Below are positions 34,481 through 47,203 of a stretch of DNA of 64,000 nt, one piece after another. The notes beneath the pieces were generated by a model that worked only from the letters and a program-made list of their open reading frames with translations, ran no database searches and had not been told where the DNA came from. The translations under genes and the position numbers were made by a program. This stretch comes from Blepharisma stoltei ATCC 30299 (Eukaryota; Protista; Ciliophora). The stretch is taken from positions 186,001-250,000 of the forward strand of contig CBFDEM010000040.1 in assembly GCA_965603825.1 (NCBI GenBank), read 5' to 3'. The first letter of the stretch is position 1. Every line of letters starts with the position of its first letter.

Positions 34481-34981
34481 TTAAACTTGATATCGGCCTG
34501 GCAAGCGGCTAGCAGCAATCTGTAAAATCTTATGATGATCAAATGCAAGTAAGTTTGGACTTTCCAACATTGGGCCCAAGGCATAAAATCTTGCTTGAGT
34601 TGCATCATCTCCAGCAACTATCTGAGCGTTGGCATCTACTTCTACCAAATAAAAAACACTTATAACATGTCCTCTTGGATCTCTCTGAGGATCTCCTTGA
34701 ACGGTCAGAAGATCTAAAATCTTTCCTTCAATTCCACATTCTTCTTTCAATTCTCTTAAGCAGCCAACTTTGGGATCTTCATTATAATTGATTCGTCCTC
34801 CTGGGAAAGCTAATTTCCCTACATAAGGAAAATGACCACGTGTTACAAGTAAAACTTCATGAAAACCTCCTGGATTTAACCTTATAACTACTGAATCAGC
34901 TGCCAGCTGAGGAATATGGTAGCCTCCTTGTTTAGCTGGATATGGTCTTCCAAACTGATCAATTTCGTTTTCACTTTCCAT
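34481..34981 (-). CDS. Nudix hydrolase
   Basis: Nudix box GGRINYNEDPKVGCLRELKEECG; RDPRGH, AGDDA, LAFDH. Confidence 0.92.
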   Translation of the reverse strand: MESENEIDQFGRPYPAKQGGYHIPQLAADSVVIRLNPGGFHEVLLVTRGHFPYVGKLAFPGGRINYNEDPKVGCLRELKEECGIEGKILDLLTVQGDPQRDPRGHVISVFYLVEVDANAQIVAGDDATQARFYALGPMLESPNLLAFDHHKILQIAASRLPGRYQV

Positions 34982-35025
34982 TGTAATTATTAATAACCAA
35001 TTTTTAAACAAGATTATGACAATAA

Positions 35026-36711
35026 TTAAAAATTCCCATTAGAGTGTCGTTTTAATAGCATTGAAATAAGGTCTGGGTGTGCAGGAATATCATTATTAAC
35101 TACTCTTTCCCTTCTGCTCAGGCTAGTTTCTTTTCTTTTCTTTTCAATTTTTGCTTCATATGCATACAGTTGATTTTTATATATTTCCTTTTTGCTCCCA
35201 TTCGCAAACTGAGCCATGAGCAAAGAATTAAATGGCCTTTCTACATCAAAGAACTGCTTATAATTATGCATGTTTTCTGATGGAAAAATACACTCGAAAT
35301 TTCCCATCCTGCCAAGCTCTCTTTCTGTTTCTTGCATTACTCTAAGTTCTTGGCTCGATAGGTCTGAGTTTGAGTTAGATGTAAATGAGTTTCATGCAGG
35401 TCTCAAAGTGCTGCCAGAGCTTACTCTTTTTTCTTGCATTCTTCTGGATGGGATACCTACAAGATTGAATAAGTCAGTGATTAATTTGGATTTTACCTTG
35501 AGGTCTATTGATGTATCAGTGTTCATTGAAGGAGACAAGTTTACTTCTAAAAGCCATGGACGCAGCTGGTCGTCAATTAAAATGTCAAAACCTAAAAGCT
35601 CAAAACAGTTTGTACTGTAAGGAACAAACATGTTCATGCCTGCGTTCATAGTGGTTTCTATTGAAATCAGAGTTTTTGCGGCAATGTCTTTTATACCTTC
35701 CCAAATGATATTAAAATTAATATCTTTTCCTGCAAAAAATTCTTTTAAAGCAGATAGAGTCCATTTATACCCTTTGCCGTCTTGGTCGAGGTCTTGGAAA
35801 TTTGGGGCATATTTGTTTAAGGAGTAGTTCGTCAGGTGACCAAACCGGTTTGCAGGGTCATCTAAGTTGTAAGGCTCTGTAGCAAATCTAACGAGCCCTT
35901 CTTTATATATATAAAGCCTAAGAGGGTCTATTGAGGATACTGCGATATAAATTCTTAGGTCAAATTTCAAGCCGTTTATAAGCAAGGGGTTTGAAATATA
36001 CTCAGAAGCTACCATTGGGGTCGCAGGAGGAATGTCAGAAATTTTATTAGTTAGAAAAATCCCACGCCCTTGGGAACTGCCAGCTGGTTTTACTATCCAA
36101 ATCTTGCCTCTATCTTTATCCATTTCATTTGAAAGCTCTTGAGAGTCTTGAGGCAAAACATAGGTGTTTGGGACAAATGAATAAGCTTTTTTGCCATGAA
36201 TTGATTGCATTCGTGATATATTTTTAAAAAGACAGTCTTTCTTGGTTATTTCAATTGTCCTTGGAAAATGGTTAACTTTTTGTCAGCGGCTCAAATTTTG
36301 ATAAATATTGCTTCTCAAGCTACCATTGCTTCATCCCAGTATCCATTCCTTTTTTGACTCCCTCATCCCATTATCCTCACAAATTCACCGAATAATTTTT
36401 ACTTCATTTCCTAAGAATTTGAAATTGTAACCCATATTTGGCGGAGCAGGAGGTCTTTCTGCTACATAAATGGGGCGGAAAATGAGATACTTTCCTTTCA
36501 TTTCTAAATGAACAGCTGGGAGCATATCAGATTTGGCGTCCTCTGCAGAGGTGTTTTCTTTAATCATCATGTCATCTTTTTGTAGCCGAATTTGGCAGCG
36601 AGAACTTTTTTCTTGTAAGATAGATTTAATAGAAGAATTTCTGGTACCTCGAAGCATTGGAAGTCTTGTGGAGAGGTTTTCAGAAACATTTCGTGGGGGT
36701 TTTGAATCCAT
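35026..36711 (-). CDS. Tubulin-tyrosine ligase-like polyglutamylase (TTLL4/5-like)
   Basis: Joined over four TGA codons; motifs QKVNHFP..ITKKD, WIVKPAGSSQGRGIFL, KFDLRIY, GLVRFATEPY, HLTNYSLNK, FELLGFDILID, WLLEVNLSPS. Confidence 0.93.
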
Positions 36712-36913
36712 TTTGAAGTTGAATTATACTTACTGCAATTAGTAAATAATTATAAAAGAAATTTGAGGCAGATTAACCCAAAAATTATTATAACCATACT
36801 TAAAATTTTGAAAAGCTCTATCCTCTGATTTTTTCCCTATGCTTCGTCATCTTTTTCCTCATTATATAATCCTTCATGTAATGATATTTGGGAAATTCTT
36901 AATATTCATTAGT

Positions 36914-38437
36914 TTAATTCCTAACTAAGATATAAACTCCTGTCTTTCCCCATGTCATTTTCACTCTCAAGTTATATTTCACTTCAAAAATATCATTTTG
37001 CGGGAAAGTCTTCAGCGTAATAAACCGTGCGCCTTTTTTCAATGAATGAGCTTTTTCTAGCATCCCATCAATCAGTTCTTGAGGAAAGCATATGCTTGAG
37101 GTAAAGATAATATCAGCGTCTGACCAGTCTACTTCTAGCATATTCCCTTGGATTACTTCTAATGGGGCTATTGACAGATCTGTTTTAATGTTATCACAGG
37201 TAGCCTTGCAAGACTCGTAAAGGCCAGGCAATAGTTCGACTCCACAGCACTTTTTAAGCTCAGGGAAAGCCAGAGCAGCAGCTATCATGCATTTTCCAGC
37301 CCCACACCCAAGGTCCCAAAAGACTTCTCCAGGCTGAGGATCACATAACTTAAAAACAGGCGCCATATGAACAAAGTCAATTTCTCCATAAGTGAACTCG
37401 CTTTTGCTGCCAACGTTCAGTCTTTTTCTTTCCATTTGAGAAATGGAGCTACCCTCTACGTTTTCAAAAATTGAGTTGAAGAGTTTGAATCTTTCTGATA
37501 GTTCGTCTGAAATTAGACTACTTTCTAGAACTTCTCTTCTTTCTATTGTAAAATCAATAGGCTCTTGTGTAAGATTTTTAATTCCCACAAAGCACATTTG
37601 GTTCGAGTATTTCCATTCGTCAGTGTCAATACAAAACCTAAGTTCTTCTCCTATCTCTTCTTCTGTCTCACTTTTCGGAAGCGTAGCCAGCCTGTCCAGT
37701 TCTCTAGAAGTGGGTTTTCTGCTAAAATTTCTTTTTAAATACACATCATAGGGGTCAGGGTCTATATAAGTTTCTGATGAGAGCATATAATCATCGTCGA
37801 TTAGTCCTAAACTTTCATAAAAACCTAAGCTTCACTGGTGCTCTTCTATTGAAGGATAATATAACTCTTTAGAAACAAACATAGCAAGCTTTCCTTTCCC
37901 AGGGCGCAATCTTATTTCTATCCGGGATTCTCCTGGATTTTCGATCCTGAATTTAAAATATTTGCAATCAGTAATGAGCCCACTGTATGTCTCTTCTAGC
38001 TCTGCAGACTGTGGGGTCTCTGAAAGAGAATAAGTGACCTGAAACGTATTTAACCCTGGCTTGTAAGATAGAATTCCTACATAATAGGTTCCTTCTCGAT
38101 ATTCTGGATCATCTGGGTGGATTTGAAGTTTGTCAGGGCCAATATTCGTAGACTTCCAATTATAGGTGCCTGATTATAAAATACTTTGACTCACGACAGG
38201 GTTGCCATAGGAGACATATATGTCGGGGTCACTTTCTTCATTGCAAGGCTCAGCACTAAGTAAAAAATACAGGATTGTTAGCATTTTGGAAGTATCTGTG
38301 ATTTCAATTTTATAGTAGGTAAAAGTGCTTCCTAAAGATCTGCCGATGGTTGGGACGTTTTCTTCAAGTGGCGAAATTTCAGGAGTGTCTATAGCGAGGT
38401 CTTCTATACCTTGGACTTCTTCCGGCTCTTCAGACAT
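36914..38437 (-). CDS. DOT1-like class I SAM-dependent methyltransferase with N-terminal PPC-like beta domains
   Basis: Intron 38170-38184 and one TGA join the parts; C-terminal TYGEI, FWDLGCGAGK, GVEL, ADIIF..ICF, LKKGARFITLK, MTWG; N-terminal DPDIYVSYG..W.S..GPD...GTYYVGI. Confidence 0.75.
38170..38184 (-). other. 15-nt intron GTATTTTATAATCAG
   Basis: Gives an in-frame TAA if retained; the frame continues to the methyltransferase domain after removal. Confidence 0.85.
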
Positions 38438-38751
38438 TTAATAATAAGCTATTATTATAAGGGATTATTTATAGATTTTATTATCAATTACTTATAGCAA
38501 ACATTATTTTTCAAATATGATTTATTTTCAATTTTAACCAATAATATTATTGGCACAAAACTTTTTTTAAAAGAAGCCAAAATCCTATTTAAAATTTTAG
38601 ATTTTCCTTAAGCATAGAAAATGTCGATTACCAATTTCTAAGCATCATATCTGATCAATAGGGTTTTATTAATTTACTGAGATATATACAAAATATTGTC
38701 TAAATGACTATATGTTAATTATTATCTGCAATGCAATTATAATTAAGTCCT

Positions 38752-39525
38752 TTAACATTCAAGTTTCTGGTTATCCATAGAATGATAAGATGATGAGTCA
38801 TCTTGAGTTACTGTTAAAAATTTTAGTAATTTCTCATAAATTGCTGTTTCTTTGGCTTCATAAGCTGACGAATAAGTGAAGTTCTTTTTCTTACTAAGGC
38901 CTTCATCTAAATCTTCAGTTTCGCAAGCTAAAACTTCTTCGCTACAAATCAGCATGTCTTGCCCCTCAATTTTGATTTCCACATCTTGTATACACTCCAC
39001 AATAAAATTCCTATACTTTTCAGCACCTTCTAGAATTTTCGCATTGAGTTCTCTTGCTTCTTCTTGAGTTCTTTCTGGAGGTGTATAAATTTTTTGTTTT
39101 TTATGCATTTTCATATCAGTATAACAGTCTAAATTTTTGCATTCTTTACATTTGCAATTTCCAGTGCATACAACTCCGCCTTGAAAACACTCGCAATATT
39201 TCTTTAAACAGTTCGATTTCCTACAAGAGCAGCCCCTTGAATGGGATACGTCAATAGATATCCCTAAACCAATTTTCGGCCGGAATGCATTTGGATTTCT
39301 TTCTAAAGTGCTATGGATAGCTTTAGTTCTGTAAAGCTCATTTTGTGGATTGTTATAGCAATCAGCACAATTACAGGATTTACAATACTCACCTGAGGAA
39401 AAACATTCGCAATACAGCTTCAAGCAGCGTGAGTTGCGGCAGTTGCAATTTTTTTGGCTCCCCTTTTCTGGAGTTGCAAGAACTGGGTCAATAAACATGC
39501 TATTTTGGTCATTCATTTTATGCAT
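38752..39525 (-). CDS. Tesmin/TSO1/LIN54-like CXC domain protein
   Basis: [16 protein letters not shown], linker [26 protein letters not shown]. Confidence 0.93.
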   Translation of the reverse strand: MHKMNDQNSMFIDPVLATPEKGSQKNCNCRNSRCLKLYCECFSSGEYCKSCNCADCYNNPQNELYRTKAIHSTLERNPNAFRPKIGLGISIDVSHSRGCSCRKSNCLKKYCECFQGGVVCTGNCKCKECKNLDCYTDMKMHKKQKIYTPPERTQEEARELNAKILEGAEKYRNFIVECIQDVEIKIEGQDMLICSEEVLACETEDLDEGLSKKKNFTYSSAYEAKETAIYEKLLKFLTVTQDDSSSYHSMDNQKLEC

Positions 39526-40363
39526 TACGTTTGAATTTGTATTTGGCCTACGATTAGTTAAAAATGGATGAGGATAACTAATTTTTTATCCAGATACCAG
39601 CTAAGCGAGGATTATGGACGCAAAAATAATCAGTTGCTTATTTTAAGTTCATAAATAAACTATTAATGGATCTTCTTATCCTTTTATTTTTATAAATTTT
39701 ATATAAACTTAAACAAAAAAATAATTAATTTTGTTATGTTTTTCTGTTGGCTATATTGAGGGAGAGTTAAATAAGTTATCATATTAATTATTTCTACACA
39801 GAAGTACAAAATATAAGTTATGTAATGGTATTTTTTATTTATTATGATGAAATTTATAATAGATTATGATAAAATAGCCTACAGAAAAATTTCTTATAGA
39901 AAGTGAGGATTATTTATGCAGCAAACTGATTGCCAATTCATTTCCATTTTCCTTTCATAAAATTGTAAAGCCATCATAGAAACTTTTTCATTCCTTTCTT
40001 CAGTTTTGGAAGCTAGTAAATTTCAACTAGAAAGCTTGTGATATATTTTGCAAATTTTACTTTTCTCTTTAATTAAATTGTTTATTTCCCTCCAAAATAA
40101 TAAATAGACGCTCTGTTTCTATCTTCAATCTCCCATGAGTTTCTTTGTTATTATTATACCAGATAGTCTCTATAGCAGCACTAATTTCTTCTATAATGGG
40201 CTAAATCTTACTCTATTTTTGGTTATCTGTTGTGTTAAGAGAGTTCATATACAATAGAGACCAATTTCATTCACTCATAATTTATATTAGAATATTTTAT
40301 TAAATTTTAGATAAAATAATTATTCAAGTGATTTAATTTTGCTTCTAATTTATAGTTTTGATA

Positions 40364-41563
40364 ATGGTAGATATATGAAAAAATTGGAGCGAAAAAGAGA
40401 AACAAGCATTTTACCGAATTTTTGAAATAGAGCAAGAGCATAAGGCTTTGCAAACCTTTTTTAGCCAAATTAAAAAAGTAAATCATATTCAGAAATACAA
40501 CAGATCATTATCAGAAAAATTAAAAAGCCTTTATTATCGAGGATTAGTTTCTGTGAAAAGACTGCTTGACTCCTTAAATATACCTCTTACCTCTCTTCCA
40601 AATCCTGAATTTTTCGAAAAAAACGAGCTAAACTTCACGACAATTGCCCTTTCCCATTCTCAATTAAAATCTGAAATTGAAGATCTATCAAACAATCCCT
40701 CTGCATTTTCGGTAAATTTTATTCAGAACTGCATGCAAGTACTTGGTATTTATATAAAATCAAAGCTAAGACAGCCAGCAAATACCAAAGGAATTCCTCT
40801 TTTGCTTAAACAGACTGAAGGCGACATAATCTGCCACTTTTGTGGAAGGATCAAAAGAAGAAGGACTGGGAGTATATTGACAATGTAAGCATTATTTAGA
40901 GGGGTATCAGACACCATTGGAGTGCAGCTGCTTCCACTAAATGCGTATTACCATAAAGCTCTTGTAAGATGTGGGTTTACTCCAAGGCTTGAGATTTATA
41001 TGAGGTCTAGCAAATTACTTGCTGAAATTATTGAGCATTTGAACAATAAGTGGCACCCTGAAATAATAGAAAATTCGCCAAAGCAAGAATTTACGGTCAG
41101 CTTAATGGCTCCTTGGGAAGGAAAATTCATAGAATACAACAAGAATCAGGAAAAAATTACAATTGGTGACGTCCATATGAGCTTAGAAAGCCCAGCATCA
41201 TGGCATTTGTATTACTACTGAAAGCCGGTGTCCAGCCAAATCCAAGAATCAATGAACACTCATTCAGATCACTCCTTACTCTCTACCTCAATGCTGAACT
41301 TAATCGAAGAGAAATCGAACTCAATCCCTTTTTTAAGCTCTCAGATGGTAGAAGACTCAAGGCCTTTTGGTTTAAGCAACTCCTTTCAGCTAGCTTTCAA
41401 TAACTGTGCTCATGAGCCATTCTCTAAAGGTGACAGTTTACAAGTTCCTGACTTAAGATATTCAGCACAAGAAATCCATCATGATCTATCATTAAGTGTA
41501 TTTAGAACTGATGGAGACGAAAGCATGTTTTCCAGCTGATTTAATAATAATCATAAGCATTAG
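40364..41563 (+). CDS. TKI1/CRAMP1-like SANT-domain protein
   Basis: ATG 40364; SANT-like WSEKEKQAFY..KSLYYR; VQLLP..ALVRCGFTPRLEI..IIEHLNNKW..IGDVH..SPA..LYYYW resembles the TKI1/Cramped conserved block; intron 40885-40899 and probable intron 40478-40492; ends at TAG 41561-41563 if TGA 41537 is Trp. Confidence 0.62.
40478..40492 (+). other. Probable 15-nt stop-less intron GTAAATCATATTCAG
   Basis: Matches the local intron consensus but is in frame without a stop, so the reading frame does not require it. Confidence 0.55.
40885..40899 (+). other. 15-nt intron GTAAGCATTATTTAG
   Basis: Gives an in-frame TAA if retained; joins ORFs 40448-40888 and 40922-41221. Confidence 0.85.
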
Positions 41564-41575
41564 TATTAAAGCATT

Positions 41576-42682
41576 TTAATCATCTTTTATTCGGTCCTGG
41601 GTGTTGCAGGAGTTTCCAAAAGGTCCACTTTTCTTATAATGAGAATAATGGTGTTTTTTTTGTAGTTGTTTTCCACAGAGAAAACAGAAATATGTTTTTC
41701 TGCAGTCAGGATATCGGCACAGCATAAAATTGCACCCAGACTCTTTTAATATTCCGTTTCTGCATTTAGGACACCGAACCATGTCTTCTATCTTTGGGAT
41801 TTCTTCCTGCTTCTTTTTATCTTCTTTTGATTTCTCAAATTCTTCACAGGTCATGCCTGTATGCTTGTTATTGCATTGGGGACAGTAAACTCTATGACAT
41901 CCAGGGCAAATAATTTCTTTGACATTTACAGAAATTTCCATCGGTGCGTCACATTTAAAGCACTGCTTGAAAAATAAATTTTTACCTTTGGGTTTGAATT
42001 TTCGCATTGAAAACTCTAAATATCGATTAAAGTTGTCTTTGGAGGCATTGCCTTCTACTTCTTGTGGGGTTATTGGGGCAGGGCATTGGGGGCATTTCAT
42101 GTCTTCTTCTGTAACTTTTCCTTCATTTATCAGGCTTTCGATGTGCCCTTTAATGCAATTGGTGCAATAGCGGTGATCACATGACAATGTGATGCCCTGA
42201 TCAATATTGAAGTTTTCTAAACAGATCAGGCATTGAAATTTAGGGACTTCTCTAGGTTCATCGTATTGAGCATATTCTCGGTTTAGAACATCAGCTTGGA
42301 TTTTTTCAAATGATTCCTTATTCCCTAAAATATTGTAGATATATTGCATCGGAAGCTTAGATTTGCATACTGAACAGGGAATGTTTTCTTCTAAAATTGA
42401 TAGTTTTAAAGAAATCAAGTATTTACGAAAGCAGTTTGAACATTGTGAGTGCTCACAAGAGGATTCGGCTATCAGCTTAGATAATTTTAAGCAAGTAGAA
42501 CATTGAACATAATTTTGATTTGGTTCTAGCTTTGCAGTTTTAATTTTCAAATGAGCTTTTGCTTGTGGCTTCTGTTTTAAAACTCTGATTTCATTAGGAT
42601 TTTCGTCAAGCACTTTTAACTCTTTTTCTATTTTATTGCGATGAGGGATATTTGCTTGATTTTGTCTTTTCTTTGGCTTCAT
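41576..42682 (-). CDS. RBR (RING1-IBR-RING2) E3 ubiquitin ligase with an extra N-terminal RING-like finger
   Basis: CSTC..CEHSQCSNC..CSVC; CLIC..CDHRYCTNC..CPQC; CFKC..CPGC..YCPQC..H..C; RCPKC..KESGCNFMLC..C..FCFLC. Confidence 0.88.
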   Translation of the reverse strand: MKPKKRQNQANIPHRNKIEKELKVLDENPNEIRVLKQKPQAKAHLKIKTAKLEPNQNYVQCSTCLKLSKLIAESSCEHSQCSNCFRKYLISLKLSILEENIPCSVCKSKLPMQYIYNILGNKESFEKIQADVLNREYAQYDEPREVPKFQCLICLENFNIDQGITLSCDHRYCTNCIKGHIESLINEGKVTEEDMKCPQCPAPITPQEVEGNASKDNFNRYLEFSMRKFKPKGKNLFFKQCFKCDAPMEISVNVKEIICPGCHRVYCPQCNNKHTGMTCEEFEKSKEDKKKQEEIPKIEDMVRCPKCRNGILKESGCNFMLCRYPDCRKTYFCFLCGKQLQKKHHYSHYKKSGPFGNSCNTQDRIKDD

Positions 42683-42856
42683 TTCTTTTATTAAATTTTT
42701 GAAAAAAATTATTTTAATCTTTATTTACTATTTTGATATCGAAATGATGCAATGATTTGATCATGATAAAATTTATTGATATATTAGTAATGTCATACTA
42801 TAATAGAAATTTACTTTAGTCGTGCATTTAAATAGCTTCAATTATTGTTTTCTTTA

Positions 42857-43120
42857 TCAATCCAAATGAGTGTAATCACTATTTTTTGGCTGCTGGCAGG
42901 ACCCTTTACATATACAAAATGTGTACTCCGTGGTGTGTTCTGGCAAGAACAAAACTGGTTTAATTTTAGTTCCTATATGCGATCCATCACAAAAGGGCTT
43001 TTTTCTCGACCTTCCGCAGGCACATAATGAATACGCCTTACCCTTTTGAAGAGGAACACTGTAAATTTCTTCACATGGAATTTCACTGAAATCATCAATC
43101 CTCTTTTTATTTTCTTCCAT
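42857..43120 (-). CDS. CDGSH iron-sulfur domain protein (CISD3/MiNT-like)
   Basis: YSLCACGRSRKKPFCDGSH; second motif degenerate (CICKGSCQQPKNSDYTH). Confidence 0.85.
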   Translation of the reverse strand: MEENKKRIDDFSEIPCEEIYSVPLQKGKAYSLCACGRSRKKPFCDGSHIGTKIKPVLFLPEHTTEYTFCICKGSCQQPKNSDYTHLD

Positions 43121-43572
43121 TTATTATAAATTCCAATAATTGCTGTTGACTAGGCTTAATCCTAATTTAATTCATTTAGTCTAATATAATAGCAGACCCT
43201 GCGTCTGAAGTTTAGATAGGATTTAATTTTTCCAGTCATATTTTGTTATACCAGTATACTCATCAATAGCAATATTTAATCATCAATTTAAAGTGCTGGA
43301 TCTAATTAATTTTTATTGAGTTTATATAAATATTCCGATGTTTTTCTTAATTGCTCAGTGATGTGAATGCTCAAATCAAATGAATTAAATACTTAATGCT
43401 ACAATTAATCTAAGAACCAAACGTTTTCTTGATCTGACTTTGCATGCATTATTGGTCAGAATTAATATAAGTCTCATAAGATAGAAACTCATAACCTTAC
43501 CTATATCTCAAAGCTTCATTTTCTACATAAAAAATTTTTATTAGCGAAATACCAAATAATAATTTTAAATTA

Positions 43573-44190
<618 letters not shown>

Positions 44191-44944
44191 TTTTGGACAA
44201 TATCAGTCTAAAAATAAAATATTTCCTTAGAGATTTATAATTGTTTTTAATGATACGTTTTACTTAAAAGAATTCACTAAAAGAATCTATTATATGTCCA
44301 TCAATTATATTTCCATCACATTAATTTTTATTTATAATTTGAAGTTTACTTATAAAAATGCAGATCAAGTAAATGTGCTAATGCAATAATTCTGAATTTC
44401 ATGAAAAATCTAAATTAAATAAATCTTAGGCAATTCTAACAAATGAGTACCCTAAATATACGCAATTTTATAGTTTAAAATATTGCGCTGAAAATAACAA
44501 ATTTGAAAAAAAATAGTAATAAGAAACTTAAATTTCTGATGAATTACACAGCATTATTTTATAATTAAGAAACCAAGAAACATGAGAAAAATGCACTGAG
44601 TCTTTTCTTTTATTCCTCTTATTATATTTCTCAAAAATTCGTTTCTATTTCACTATATCCAAAGTAGGAACCTCGAAGAAATGTGATTTTAATTTAGAAA
44701 ATATATTAAAATTAATAATAAATTATTGAAAAAATCCAATAAGTTCTTGTCTTACTCTTTGCTGATTACGATAATCTCTTTTGATATATAAATTACAGAA
44801 TTAATAATAAAAATTAAATTATAAGATTGCTTAACTATTAAGATTAAAAAAATTCATATAAAAGCCTGAAAAAATTTTGCATAAATATTTTACTACACAT
44901 GATACTTGTCATACTCATTTAGAACTAAAAAGAATCATAATATA

Positions 44945-47146
44945 ATGGCCCCTTTTATGAGACTAATTATAGTTGCAAGCAGTGCTTGCATGTGTGTTAT
45001 TATGGTCGCTATATGTTCTGTATGAACACTAAATTCTCGAATTTATTTGGATTCTGAGTCAGATGCTTCCCAATTAAAATTATTAATCAGCAAGCCAGAT
45101 AAAATTTCAAATGCTGATTACCTTTCAATGCATAATTACACAAAAATACTTGATGTAGAGGAAACTGAAAAACTTTATAATCTGGTCGGAAAGGTGGCTT
45201 CAATTCCTGGAATATTTGGATACACCAAAGAGATAGGCGACTCTCTTTTTCCGTATTATGAATATCCTGATTGCTCCAAATCAGCGTATAAAACACCAGG
45301 AAGTTGATTATCTATAAACTACCAGACAAATTCGTTGGCAATGAGTTGTCCTAAAGGAAGCAAAGGAAGATTTGTTTCTGGTCCAATTTTTAATGTAACT
45401 TTTACTAATCCAGTTGAGCTACGAAAATATTGAAAAGTTGTAGACTATGAAGGGGAAACAAAACTTGACAATCAAACTGATTGAGTTATTGGAACCTGCG
45501 GAAAATCCAATAAATTCGAACTTCACCAGCATATTCCTCGTTTTAAGCTCTATTCATATAAGCGCTCAGGCCATTTCGCTAGGCAGATGAAACAATCCAC
45601 AGGCAGCCAAACTCAAAAACCTTTAATTATTTTAGTTCTTACTGCTGATAGTTTTTCACGCAGGCATTTTTTTAGAAAAATGCCAAAAACAATACAATAT
45701 TTGAACGATTTAGAAAAAGGTAAAGAATGAAAAATTTTTGACTTTAAAATACACAATATTATAGGAACTGATACAGCTGAAAATCAAGCAAGAATTTTTG
45801 GTGAAAAGTTCAACGGGTTTCAGTTTGGAACTAACTTAAATAGAGATTTATTTGGTTCTGATGCAATTTGGTATAAAATGATTAAAAGTGGGTTTGTTAC
45901 TCTTTTAGGGTTTGATCCATGCGCATTTAAGCTTCACAGAGTTATAGGAAGAATGCCTAAAGCTGATCACGTATCTGAATCTTTTTTTTGTGCCAATACA
46001 AGATTTTCAGGATACAGTACGAAAAAACGAGGCAGCAGCAACCAAAGATGTATTGGCCATCATATGTCTCACTATTACCTCATGAATTACACACTTACAT
46101 TTAGTGGACTTTATGCAGGCAGAAACCAATGGGCATATAATCACTATGCAGCAGCCCATGAGCAAACAGGACAGCACGCGCAAACACTTGACAAAGATAT
46201 GGTTTGGTATTTATCACAATATATCAACAGTTTTGGGAAGGACAATAATATCGTTATATTTTTAATGGGAGACCACGGAATGAGATATGGGGATTTTATA
46301 TCAAATACGTATGCGATACAAGAGCATAGACTTCCTGCGTTTTTCCTTATTTCTCAAAGGTCATTTTTAGATACAATAGAATATTCATATGACACATTAA
46401 GCCATAACACTGAAAGATTAGTAACTAAGCCTGATATAAGAAGAACGCTCCTATATTTAGCAGGATATCCTTATAATGCTCCTGAAGAGCCAAAAAAGTC
46501 TAGCTTTGTGAATATTTTTAAAGAAAAAATCGACGACAATCGCAGATGCGAAGATGCCGAAATTCCTCCATGATACTGCTCAGCTTATGTTTTAGACCAA
46601 ATGCCTACTTATTTTTACAATAAAAATGACCCTTATTACTCTAGAAGAAACTCCACAGAAAAAGAGCTTGGAGACTTAGTTAATAAAATAGGTTTAGAAA
46701 CAGTTTCTTTATTAAATCAAAATGTATACACACCTTCGAGATATGATAAAGGAAACTTATGTAAAAAACTGACGTTTAAAGAGGTGACGCTGACTATTTA
46801 CAACGTTATGAAAAATTCAAACATTATTATGAAATTAATTGTAAAAGTTAATGAAAGCGAAAAAGCGCTTTTTGATTCATGGATTATCATATCAGAACAA
46901 TATGATTTAAATACTCCTGAAGGAGAAACTGAAAATTATACTCCCTTTCCAATAGTTTTTAATGGTCGAAGATTGTTTGCAAAACTTATTAATGTGTTTC
47001 GTGCTGATAAATATGGAGGAACATGTGAAGAGTTAGCAAGAGAAGCTGAGCTGAATCCTGAACATTGTTTATGTAAGGATGAAATCATTGCAGAAATAGA
47101 GCAGCTTGAAGAAATCGAAGACCATGATGGCAATACTCAGCGGTAA
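44945..47146 (+). CDS. DUF229 / alkaline phosphatase-sulfatase superfamily type II membrane protein, 733 aa
   Basis: N-terminal TM; six TGA=Trp codons join the fragments; motifs ADSFSRRHFFRKMPKT, IGTDTAEN, IFLMGDHGMRYG, EHRLP, NTERLVTKPDI, RCEDAEIP. Confidence 0.82.
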
Positions 47147-47203
47147 ATCTATGGATAATTAAATTATTGGAAATTTCTTATAAAAAACGAATTAATATTA
47201 TAC

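Noticed and set aside
39530-39535. CHR-like TTTGAA next to the LIN54-like start (autoregulation)
   Set aside because: The hexamer is too common in this AT-rich DNA to be informative.
39910-40248. Minus-strand frame that reads protein-like if TAA/TAG are Gln
   Set aside because: Stop density is about what random AT-rich DNA gives, and no true gene here uses TAR as sense.
43335-43460. Possible C/D snoRNA (GTGATGT ... CTGA) and a TCTGAC/GTCAGA inverted pair
   Set aside because: Imperfect C box, no convincing terminal stem and no recognisable rRNA-complementary guide.
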